Assembly: GCA_963717435.1 (NCBI GenBank)
Contig: OY970332.1
Location: forward strand, 736,001 to 800,000
DNA from: an uncultured bacterium
Lineage (GTDB): Bacteria; Babelota; Babeliae; Babelales; Babelaceae
Reading direction: 5' to 3'
Length of the DNA stretch: 64,000 nucleotides
The position numbers were made by a program, and so were the translations under genes. Of this stretch, positions 38,610 to 47,002 are shown one piece after another (the first letter of the stretch is position 1; every line of letters starts with the position of its first letter). The notes under the pieces were generated by a model. It had not been told where the DNA came from and did no database searches. It worked only from the letters and a program-made list of their open reading frames with translations.

Positions 38610-39983
38610 CTAAAATATCTTATCCATAAAGTAACTTATTATTCTCGAGCCAAATCTATATGGCGGGTATCTGAATGGCAGTTCAAATCTTCCGGACCTA
38701 ACTACGGACTTATAATTGGAAAAAGTCTCGAAGCTTGTCTTGCCATGATATCTGCCAAATCCACTTTGTCCAACCCCACCAAATGGCAGGTAAACTGAAC
38801 CCGCATGGGTTAAAGTGTCATTTATGCATATGGCACCGGAGCTTGTGTTGTTTATTATCTTGTCTTGAGCTTCTATATTTTCAGTAAAAATATAAATAGC
38901 CAGCGGCTTGGGGTTATTTTTAATATAATTTATAGCCTGATCTATATTTTTGTAACTTATTATTGGCAAAATGGGCCCAAAAATCTCACCATCAAGATTA
39001 GTTTTGATTATAGTGGGCGCGATATACAAATTTGATTTATTAGAATTTCCACCAAAAACTATTTCTGTGTTCTGGATAAAATTATTTAATCTATCAAAAT
39101 GCTGCTCGTTAATAATTTTGCCATAATCCGGGCTCAATTCTGAGTTTCTGCCAAAAAATTTTTTAATATATTTTTCAATTTCAGAAATAAGCTTTTCTTC
39201 AATATCTTCATGAACCAGAACATAATCTGGTGCTATGCAGGTCTGACCAGCGTTTAAAAATTTCCCCCAAGCTATTTTTTTGGCAGCTTTTTTAATATCA
39301 GCATCGGGTTCGACTACGCATGGGCTTTTTCCTCCAAGCTCTAACGTTAATGGCGTTAAATTTTCAGCAGCTGCGCGCATCACAATTTTGCCCACATTAC
39401 TGCTGCCCGTGAAAAATATATAGTCAAATTTTAAGCTTAATAGATTTTGTGCAACTTCATGATCCCCTTCAATTACGCAGACATAGTTTTCCTGAAAAGC
39501 TTCTTCTATAATTTTTTTTAATACTTTACTCGAATTTGCTGATATTTCTGACGGCTTTAAAATTACGCAGTTACCGGCAGCGATTGCGCCAATAACAGGA
39601 ATCAAAGACAAGGCAAAAGGGTAGTTCCATGGCGAGATCACTAAAACGAGTCCCAGCGGCTCTGGGGTTATGGAGCTTTTTGAACCAAAAAGTGAGCTGG
39701 GCGTTTTTACTTTTTGCGTACTTGCCCAATCGCAAATATTATCGATAGCGTGTTCTATCTCTTTTTTTATCTGATAGATTTCTGTGATATAACTTTCAAA
39801 ACTTGATTTTTTCAGATCAGAATTTAAAGCATTAAAAATCTCTTTTTTATATTTTTTTAAAACTTTTTTTAATCTCGTAAGATTCTCAACTCTGAATTCT
39901 ATGGGTTTTGTTCTGCCTGAGGCAAAAAACTCTTTCTGGCTGTTATATATATTTTCTATTTCTATATTCACAGATTCTCCCAA
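38610..39983 (-). CDS. Aldehyde dehydrogenase (ALDH3-like)
   Basis: SPWNYP, LKPSE, FTGS, LELGGKSP, GQTCIAPDY, EIFGP, PFGGVG.SG. Confidence 0.95.
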   Translation of the reverse strand: MGESVNIEIENIYNSQKEFFASGRTKPIEFRVENLTRLKKVLKKYKKEIFNALNSDLKKSSFESYITEIYQIKKEIEHAIDNICDWASTQKVKTPSSLFGSKSSITPEPLGLVLVISPWNYPFALSLIPVIGAIAAGNCVILKPSEISANSSKVLKKIIEEAFQENYVCVIEGDHEVAQNLLSLKFDYIFFTGSSNVGKIVMRAAAENLTPLTLELGGKSPCVVEPDADIKKAAKKIAWGKFLNAGQTCIAPDYVLVHEDIEEKLISEIEKYIKKFFGRNSELSPDYGKIINEQHFDRLNNFIQNTEIVFGGNSNKSNLYIAPTIIKTNLDGEIFGPILPIISYKNIDQAINYIKNNPKPLAIYIFTENIEAQDKIINNTSSGAICINDTLTHAGSVYLPFGGVGQSGFGRYHGKTSFETFSNYKSVVRSGRFELPFRYPPYRFGSRIISYFMDKIF

Positions 39984-40020
39984 CTTGTTTTTAATTTTTT
40001 TAATAGTATACGAAAAATAG

Positions 40021-40068
40021 AAAAACTAAAAATAGCCGGGGTTTTATTCCCAGCTATTTTTAGTTTTT
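40021..40068. terminator. Terminator after folC-like gene
   Basis: Long inverted repeat AAAAACTAAAAATAGC...GCTATTTTTAGTTTTT. Confidence 0.75.
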
Positions 40069-40098
40069 TAAAATTTAATTAAAAAATTTAAAATCTAG

Positions 40099-41520
40099 TT
40101 AAAATCTCTTGATACCTTTTTGAACCCAGTATTTATTAACAATAGATACTGAACCCGTGATAACAACAAGACCATATTTTTCATCAACAGATTTTTTCGC
40201 AATATCAAACGCTTCTTCGAAGTTCTTGCAAGATTTTGCTTTGATCTTCATAGCTTTCAAATCATTGGCAACTTGTTCAGTGTCCCACGATGAATTTTCA
40301 TTTGCGCTAACTAATCCATCTTCTGTTGGGCAAAGTAATAACTGACCAGAAGTCTTCTTGAAGAAATATCTTATTAGCTTTAAAAATTCTTCGTTATGCA
40401 TAGAATCTTTTGTTGCTGCCATAATAATGGTCAGCCCCTTAAGTGAACGTTGATAATGCATTAATCTAATACCAAGTAAAAGATTTTTTAATGCGTCAAC
40501 GTTACTAGCCGTATCAAGTAATATAGTCGGCTTTTCTTTATCAAGCACCTGGAACCTAGCAGGTAAATCTGTTACCGTTTCGTTCCAAAGTTGCTCAACT
40601 GTTCTTTTCGGATTTAGTTCTTGTTGTCTTTTTGCTTCCAAAGATGGACGGCCACGTGTTCCTTTTTGTTTTGAAAGTAAACTATCAGCAACGACAACTG
40701 TGTCTTTATTAAATATTTTTTCTACAAAAAGCTGAGCGATTCTTTCAGCTAGTGCTGCACAACGACCATGAAGTTGTTCAAACGGATAAGAAAGAGCAGC
40801 CAATTTTCTTATAGGCATCGCCCAATTTCCACCATTTGCAACCGTAAGATTGTGCATCATTTCAAGATGTTCTTTGTTTTGATCACCGGAAACCAGCCAA
40901 GTATCTTTTTTGACAATACCGGTCATAGATTTAATTGCCTGATTAAGTTCGTCAGCAGAAGTTTTTGTATCTTCTAATGTCGCTCTTGTAATTGCTGCAA
41001 CTTTTGCTTGGCAAATATTTGCTGCATCAAATTGTCCGCTATTAACTTCAAGTAGTGCAACATCGATCTTATTTTCTGCAAAATAAGAGATTGCCATCAT
41101 AGTTAATATTTCATATGAGCTTGATTCAATATTTTCAGCTTCAGCTGTGTTTATAACTTCGTTACCAATTTCAGCAAATACTTTATTTGATATTGTCTCG
41201 CCAGATAGAGAAATTCTTTCATTATATGTAAGAATATGTGGAGAGTAGAAAGCGCCAACTTTGAGACCTTCTGCTTTTAATAGTTTAGAAGCAAAATTTA
41301 GTGTTAAGCTCTTTCCATTTGTTCCTGCAACTAATACAGCTGGAACTTTTTGTGCCAACCCACCAAGAGCCGCATCCAATTTTTTCATTCTATCAAGAGT
41401 CTTTGAATCGGAATTTGTTGTCCAATGAGCGTCCAAATAGTCCACAACTTCATTGTATGTTCTTTGTTTGCCGATGTTCAGACCAGTTTTTGTGCCAGTC
41501 TGTTTGCGAATATCTATCAT
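40099..41520 (-). CDS. FolC (folylpolyglutamate synthase)-like Mur-fold protein, divergent
   Basis: VAGTNGKS, FYSPHI..YNERI, LPARFQ, VITGS; several canonical residues altered. Confidence 0.75.
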   Translation of the reverse strand: MIDIRKQTGTKTGLNIGKQRTYNEVVDYLDAHWTTNSDSKTLDRMKKLDAALGGLAQKVPAVLVAGTNGKSLTLNFASKLLKAEGLKVGAFYSPHILTYNERISLSGETISNKVFAEIGNEVINTAEAENIESSSYEILTMMAISYFAENKIDVALLEVNSGQFDAANICQAKVAAITRATLEDTKTSADELNQAIKSMTGIVKKDTWLVSGDQNKEHLEMMHNLTVANGGNWAMPIRKLAALSYPFEQLHGRCAALAERIAQLFVEKIFNKDTVVVADSLLSKQKGTRGRPSLEAKRQQELNPKRTVEQLWNETVTDLPARFQVLDKEKPTILLDTASNVDALKNLLLGIRLMHYQRSLKGLTIIMAATKDSMHNEEFLKLIRYFFKKTSGQLLLCPTEDGLVSANENSSWDTEQVANDLKAMKIKAKSCKNFEEAFDIAKKSVDEKYGLVVITGSVSIVNKYWVQKGIKRF

Positions 41521-41857
41521 GAAGTCATCTCCAATTAAAAAGATTACTAATATAAATTAATAGTAAAATTAGACCCATTTTTAAAATATGTCAAATAATA
41601 AATCAGAGCTTGAAATTTCGTTAATAAATTTTCAAATATTTCTTATTGTAACTAGGTTAAAAAATATTTAAAGATTAAATTTGTGCGCTATTTTGCCCCT
41701 TGGTTTCTATCTGTCATGTTTTGATAAAAATTTTATATTTGAAATGTTTAAATTATTTTTTTAACTTTTTTAAACTCATGTTCAAACTATTGCTTTCCAG
41801 GATCATGCTTGATGTAAGATGTTACTAAGGGACAAAAGGGTTAAGGGGAGTTTTTCT

Positions 41858-42319
41858 ATGCGTAAGTCGTTTTTGGGGTTCACTCTTATTGAGTTGATGA
41901 TTGTTATTGCGATTATAGCTTTTCTTTCGATGATTTCAATTCCAAGCTTTTTAAAATTTCTTGCAAAAGCAAAGCGCTCAGAGGCTTATTTAAATTTAAG
42001 CTGTATTTGTACTGCGCAGAAAGCTTATTGGGCCGAGAATGGGAAATATACGAGCAACTTGTCGGGCAAAGACGGGGCAGGGTGGAAACCATCAGGTTCC
42101 CACTATTATACTTATGGTTTTTCAGGCGGGGCAGCTGGGCAATCACATTTTATTGGTTCTTTGGGTGCGAGTGGCGCGGATCTTAAGGGCTCAAATGCGT
42201 CTGATAACGGCTTTGTTGCTGTTGCTGCAGGGGATATCGACGGCGACGGTGTGCTTGATATTATCGGGATCGACCAGAACAACAAGATTACTATAATCCA
42301 GGACGATTTGGCTGATTAA
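41858..42319 (+). CDS. Type IV pilin
   Basis: Class III signal G/FTLIELMIVIAII; C-terminal AAGDIDGDG. Confidence 0.9.
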   Translation: MRKSFLGFTLIELMIVIAIIAFLSMISIPSFLKFLAKAKRSEAYLNLSCICTAQKAYWAENGKYTSNLSGKDGAGWKPSGSHYYTYGFSGGAAGQSHFIGSLGASGADLKGSNASDNGFVAVAAGDIDGDGVLDIIGIDQNNKITIIQDDLAD

Positions 42320-42359
42320 GATTAGGGTTTAAAATTTTAATTTAATATGGGGTATTTTT

Positions 42360-42967
42360 ATGAAAAAAAATTTGGTTTTGTTTGCGAGTTTAGTTATTTT
42401 TAACAGCTCTTTGTTGGGTGCGGAGAAGAAATATACTGTGCAGGAAGTAAAAAGTAGTTTAGAAAAAGCTGCTAACGGCTTATTTTTGGGTAAAAAATAG
42501 CTTTATCTAATTTTGATTTGACCAATGAAGATCGTGCTTCGGCAAAAAGAAGATTCGAAGATGCGATAAATACTGATTTGGGTAATTTCATAAAAGCTTC
42601 TAAGTCTAGCGACTTGCCGCCGATCTTTAATGAAATTAGAAATTTTAATACTAATTTTATCTTTAAAATTACCGAAATATCTAAACAGCTTCAGGAGCTT
42701 CTTGGTGGATATAAAAATCTTTCTCGCAATGATACAAAAATCAAAGAATTTGAAAATTTTTATACAGAAGCTATGAATTATTTCAAGACAAAAATAAGCG
42801 AATTTTCTAAGGCACTCTCTGACGTTACGACAATTATGCCAGCAAAGAGACAGGCCAAAGAGTTGCTGTTGTATTTGGTAGATGATATTTATATAAGTGT
42901 TTATGAAAAATTAGCTACTGATATTAACTCTGCTGTTACAGTTCTAAATAGGGCCAAGAAAAGTTAA
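42360..42967 (+). pseudogene. Frameshifted member of the secreted helical-repeat family
   Basis: ATG 42360 gives MKKNLVLF...LFLGKK* (stop 42500); a shift at A6 (42492-42497) joins the frame ending 42967 with QAKELL.YL.D.Y...YEKL..DI. Confidence 0.65.
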
Positions 42968-42970
42968 CTA

Positions 42971-43091
42971 AAAAATAAGTAAGTAATTTTTAAACATCGC
43001 CAAGATTATAGCGCCGAGAGATAAAAATATGCCGAACGGGAGAGCCGTCTCTCGTTTGGCATATCCTGTTGCAATTAAAGTTAAACCCAAG
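42971..43091. repeat. Displaced duplicate of the pilD 3' end (direct repeat 1)
   Basis: 121 bp, 7 mismatches vs 43892-44012. Confidence 0.93.
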
Positions 43092-43191
43092 GATCTAATA
43101 AAGGGTTGATTTATATAACTAAAAAACAGTAGCATGTGTATTATTATTGTGTTACGCTTTTATTTGTAAATATTTAAAATCTGAGAATTTG

Positions 43192-43584
43192 ATGAAAAAA
43201 GAATTTGTTATATACAAAGGTAAGTTTTTCACTTTGGAGTGGTATTTTAATAGCCGCGGGAAAAGTGCCGTTCTGGAATATTTTAATGAGTTGTCATTGG
43301 ATAGAAAGAAGAAATTACTTAAGTTAATTGAAACAATGGGGGACGTGGGCCAAATTTTTAATAAAGAAAAATTTAGGAATGAAGGCGATCAAATTTATGC
43401 ATTTAAACCGGTTCCAGATAGATTTTTGTGTTTTTTTGTTAAGGGCTCAAAAATAATCATTACCAATGCGTTTGAAAAAAAGACTGATAAACTTTCACCG
43501 ACAGAAAAAGATAAAGCGTTGAAATTTAGAGATGACTACTTAAATAGAGTTGATGATGGGAGTTACTATGACCAAAAAAATTAA
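43192..43584 (+). CDS. RelE/HigB (Gp49-like) toxin
   Basis: IYAFKP.PDRFLCFF...IIITNAFEKKTDKL; overlaps HTH gene. Confidence 0.85.
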   Translation: MKKEFVIYKGKFFTLEWYFNSRGKSAVLEYFNELSLDRKKKLLKLIETMGDVGQIFNKEKFRNEGDQIYAFKPVPDRFLCFFVKGSKIIITNAFEKKTDKLSPTEKDKALKFRDDYLNRVDDGSYYDQKN

Positions 43585-43903
43585 AAAAGATAAACAGCTT
43601 ACAACTTATGAGAGGGTTATGGCCTCTTTGACTCCAAAAGAAAAAAAAGAATACGAACAAGAATATAAAGAATTTTTGATTTCTGAAATGTTGTTGGCAG
43701 CAATGGAACAAGACGATATTTCTGTCAGAAAATTGGCCAAGCTTGCCGGTGTTTCACCCACAGTAGTCCAAGGCGTTCGCTCAGGCGACAGAGAAAATAT
43801 AACTGTTCAAAGCTTTGTTAAAATATTGAAAGCCCTGGATTGTTCTCTAGTGGTAGAAAAAGGGGGACAAAGATTCCCTCTAGATCTGCCCAAAAATAAG
43901 TAA
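43568..43903 (+). CDS. HTH (XRE-like) antitoxin
   Basis: ISVRKLAKLAGVSPTVVQ.V.SG...NIT...F.KIL.AL. Confidence 0.85.
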   Translation: MTKKIKKDKQLTTYERVMASLTPKEKKEYEQEYKEFLISEMLLAAMEQDDISVRKLAKLAGVSPTVVQGVRSGDRENITVQSFVKILKALDCSLVVEKGGQRFPLDLPKNK

Positions 43904-44647
43904 ATAATTTTTAAACAAGGCAAAGATTATAGCACCGAGAGATAAAAATATGCCAAATGGGAGAGCCGTCTCTCGTTTGGCATATCCTGTTGCAATTAAA
44001 GTTAAACCCAAGACAGAGCCGGTAAGTGAGCCGATAAATATGGACATAAATAGGCCATAAAGTCCCAAGAAACTGCCGATAAGCGCCGCAAGTTCAAGAT
44101 CGCCGTCACCCATGCCCTCAATATTTCTGTAATAATAAAAAAGCTTTTTGATTATCCAGAAAACTAAATAACCAGTTAGGCTCGCCAAAACAGACTCTAG
44201 TAAGCTTATTTCTAAGTAGCCAAGATAAGCAAAAATAAAACTTACCGGTAATAAATATAAAGTTACAAATCTGGATATCAACATAGAATCTAAGTCAGAT
44301 CTGATAGTTATAAGTAGCGCCGTAAAAAAGATAAAATAACTGGGCCAGAATTGGGGTTCGACAAAAAATATTAGTAGCTCAAAAGTTATTAAACTTAAAA
44401 TCTCTATAAATGGATATATGGGAGATATTTCTTTTTTGCAGCTGCGACATTTGCCGCGCAATATAAACCAAGAAATAACTGGTATAAGATCGTAGGGCGA
44501 AATACTTTTCTTGCACTTTGGGCAAAACGATCTAGGGATCGACAGGCTCTCACCACTGATTAGCCGGTAAGATAACATGTTAATAAAAGAGCCCCAACAT
44601 AAGAATATTGGGGCCAAAATTATTGCTAGATTAGTTAAGCTACACAC
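43880..44647 (-). CDS. pilD: Prepilin peptidase
   Basis: GSFIN, RSFCPKC, DLIPVISW...RGKCRSC, GMGDGD, LPFG.FL. Confidence 0.93.
   Translation of the reverse strand: MCSLTNLAIILAPIFLCWGSFINMLSYRLISGESLSIPRSFCPKCKKSISPYDLIPVISWFILRGKCRSCKKEISPIYPFIEILSLITFELLIFFVEPQFWPSYFIFFTALLITIRSDLDSMLISRFVTLYLLPVSFIFAYLGYLEISLLESVLASLTGYLVFWIIKKLFYYYRNIEGMGDGDLELAALIGSFLGLYGLFMSIFIGSLTGSVLGLTLIATGYAKRETALPFGIFLSLGAIIFALFKNYLLIFGQI
43892..44012. repeat. Direct repeat 2 (current pilD 3' end)
   Basis: Matches 42971-43091. Confidence 0.93.
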
Positions 44648-44668
44648 AGGCTTATACTTTCAGTCGCT

Positions 44669-44760
44669 ATCCCTCGATACATTTTTCTCAGCTTCGCTTT
44701 CAGCTTCCGACTTCGCCAAGGCTTCGACGGACGCGACGTCGGGCACTCGGGACGAGCGGG
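44669..44760 (-). repeat. Repeat family A copy 5 with nested family B hairpin
   Basis: ATCCCTCGATACATTTTTC...CCGAC-TTC-GCC-AA-GGC-TTC-GACGG...CACTCGGGACGAGCGGG; between rbfA and pilD. Confidence 0.85.
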
Positions 44761-44793
44761 TATTTAGATAAAGTTTTATTAAGAGCAAAATTA

Positions 44794-45180
44794 TTAATCT
44801 TGATCGTCATAATCTTCAGGGGTTTCCTGTTTGACCTTATCAAGAAGATTTTCGATTCTCATCTGCTTTTCAAACTGCTCATCAAACTTGAATACCAAAT
44901 CAGGCGTGTAACGTGATTTTAGCCCAGATAGCGCTTTTCTTAAAGACGGCTTGTAAAGTTTTAAAGTTTCAAGCTGCTCATGAAAAACTTCTTTGCCATC
45001 AGGGGTGTAAAAGTACACGGAACAGAAACCCTTGTCAGCCGAAAGTTCAACTCTTGTTATCGTAAAGCCCCTAAGTTTTGGGTCATCCATAGATGCCTTC
45101 ATAAACAAACTCGAGATCTCACGAAATAAGAGCTTCTCTTTTTGGGCGATTTTGATAGTTCTTGATGGTCCTGAATGCAT
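44794..45180 (-). CDS. rbfA: Ribosome-binding factor A
   Basis: DPKL..FTITRVELS.D, RYTPDLVFKFD. Confidence 0.92.
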   Translation of the reverse strand: MHSGPSRTIKIAQKEKLLFREISSLFMKASMDDPKLRGFTITRVELSADKGFCSVYFYTPDGKEVFHEQLETLKLYKPSLRKALSGLKSRYTPDLVFKFDEQFEKQMRIENLLDKVKQETPEDYDDQD

Positions 45181-45181
45181 A

Positions 45182-45391
45182 TTAAGCTGCTGTCTGTGTC
45201 GACATTCTGATAAAGTTCTGTCTGACAGCTCTCATCATCTTTTTGCGACGTTTTTGTGTTGGTGGTTCATAGTAAACGACACGTTTCATATCACGAACAA
45301 CACCTTCGCGTTCATTCTTCTTTTTCATTTGTCTGATTGCGCGCTCTAGATTCTCATTAACTGAGACTATTACGTTTGCCTTTTTTTTCAT
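45182..45391 (-). CDS. rpsU: 30S ribosomal protein S21
   Basis: LERAIR.MKKK.EREG, YYEPPT.KRR. Confidence 0.9.
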   Translation of the reverse strand: MKKKANVIVSVNENLERAIRQMKKKNEREGVVRDMKRVVYYEPPTQKRRKKMMRAVRQNFIRMSTQTAA

Positions 45392-45463
45392 TTATAATCA
45401 CGATCCTTAAATTGATAATAGGCGAAAACTTCAAAAATATACTCAATTAAGTCTACTCTTTTT

Positions 45464-46909
45464 TTAGAAAGTCGCAACAAAACTTCCCATTAAAGTGGTT
45501 GTTTTATAAGCATTTCTTCTTCCAAGGGGCGCCTGCCAAACAAAACCAAGCTTTATATTCGGCGATACGTCATAGTATAAGCTTGAATTTGCCTGCTGAG
45601 ATTCCCATTTGGTCAAAAATTCAGCCCGCTTTATTAAGAACATATTATTCTGGGCCGGATTTTTGAGGCAAATTGTGTCTTGTGAATGGCTAATAAAGCA
45701 ATATTGAACAAAGAAAGATAACCTGTCTATAAAGTGATAAGCCGCCATCTGTGCTGAAAATCTCCAGTTTATTCCCGGGTGCAATTTGACTTCTGTGTAA
45801 AGTGGGAAGATTCCGCTTTGGAAGCAGTCGTTGGGTAGTCTATAATTACAGAAATCTAAAGGGAAGAACTTGGTTACGCTGGCCTCCATACCAATATTAA
45901 CTGATTCCAAAAAGTGCACGTTCCAACCCGCTGTCATGCCCGCACTGGTGTGTCCATTATTTCCCGGTGATATTTCAAACTGATTTCTATAGTTATGTTT
46001 TTTATGGGCAGGTATCCCAACTTCAGCCGTTACAAATGGCATCACAATAACTTCAGGGTAAGTCGGTCTGTCCTGATTTATATAAAATAATCTTCTCCAA
46101 TACCCGGTAAGTCTTATATCTTCGACGCCCGTTGCATGATAGTCATCGATATTAAGATTTATGGTATTCGCAACAACGCACAACTGCTTCATGATGTCAT
46201 TAATAACTAACGCTTTGCAATTGACATCAAAGCTTTCTACGCAGAATATCGTATTGTTGCAGCAATCTGAAGTTGCGCAGTTTCCTGTTCCTGGGGTTTC
46301 GCTGTTTCCTACGCAAGAAGTGCCCGACGCGCTACATGTAAGATCAACAAAGCTAGCTGTCTGTTTTATGTCAACGATACCAAAGTCCAGTTTTAAACCA
46401 AAGTCGCATGGAAGTTGAAAAGCTGCCTGGAACCTGACACCATATTTTTTATAGTTTACAGGAACCATAAAGAAGCCAAACTGTTCGTTGCTGTCCACGC
46501 ATGTCGGGGTTGTAATAAAATTTACACAAGAAGAATCGGCAGGAAGTTGAAGATTATTTATTAAATTTTGCGCAGTTGTAGGATCATAAAACAGCCCCAA
46601 TATGTTCCATCTTCCTTGAAGATCGCCAAGTGTGCTGGTTCGACCTTTTACGTCTGTTCCGTATTTTGCCTTTTGTCCAAAAACGTTCACGGCAAACTGC
46701 ATATGTTCCATGTAGCTTGGAACCTCGATTCTCATCGCGCGTGCCCGGTCCCATTCTGTTAGGTAATCTTGCGGATCGATACAAGTATATAGTGGATAGG
46801 GGTCGTTATTGGTTAAGTTACTGTATCCCCAAGCATCAAACTGCAACAACAATAACAATATTTGAAAAAATATTGGGAAAATCTTTTTTAAATATCCCGG
46901 GAAGTTCAT
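45464..46909 (-). CDS. Putative outer-membrane beta-barrel protein with Cys-rich insert
   Basis: Signal peptide, alternating aromatic/hydrophobic strands, terminal Phe (GSFVATF). Confidence 0.6.
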   Translation of the reverse strand: MNFPGYLKKIFPIFFQILLLLLQFDAWGYSNLTNNDPYPLYTCIDPQDYLTEWDRARAMRIEVPSYMEHMQFAVNVFGQKAKYGTDVKGRTSTLGDLQGRWNILGLFYDPTTAQNLINNLQLPADSSCVNFITTPTCVDSNEQFGFFMVPVNYKKYGVRFQAAFQLPCDFGLKLDFGIVDIKQTASFVDLTCSASGTSCVGNSETPGTGNCATSDCCNNTIFCVESFDVNCKALVINDIMKQLCVVANTINLNIDDYHATGVEDIRLTGYWRRLFYINQDRPTYPEVIVMPFVTAEVGIPAHKKHNYRNQFEISPGNNGHTSAGMTAGWNVHFLESVNIGMEASVTKFFPLDFCNYRLPNDCFQSGIFPLYTEVKLHPGINWRFSAQMAAYHFIDRLSFFVQYCFISHSQDTICLKNPAQNNMFLIKRAEFLTKWESQQANSSLYYDVSPNIKLGFVWQAPLGRRNAYKTTTLMGSFVATF

Positions 46910-47002
46910 TACTATCCTTTCAAGAATTTCAACAATTTAATTAGTAAAATGTCATGCTTCAAATTTGTACCTCTAATGTGTACAGACATCTTACATTAAC
47001 AG

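Noticed and set aside
38980-39020. Apparently shortened segment before EIFGP in ALDH
   Set aside because: Frame and catalytic motifs are intact; cannot assess without an alignment
42971-44012. DGR template/variable repeat pair
   Set aside because: Mismatches are mostly synonymous and not confined to adenines; no reverse transcriptase present
44577-44771. 64-aa plus-strand ORF
   Set aside because: Arises from the GC-rich stop-free repeat and the antisense of pilD
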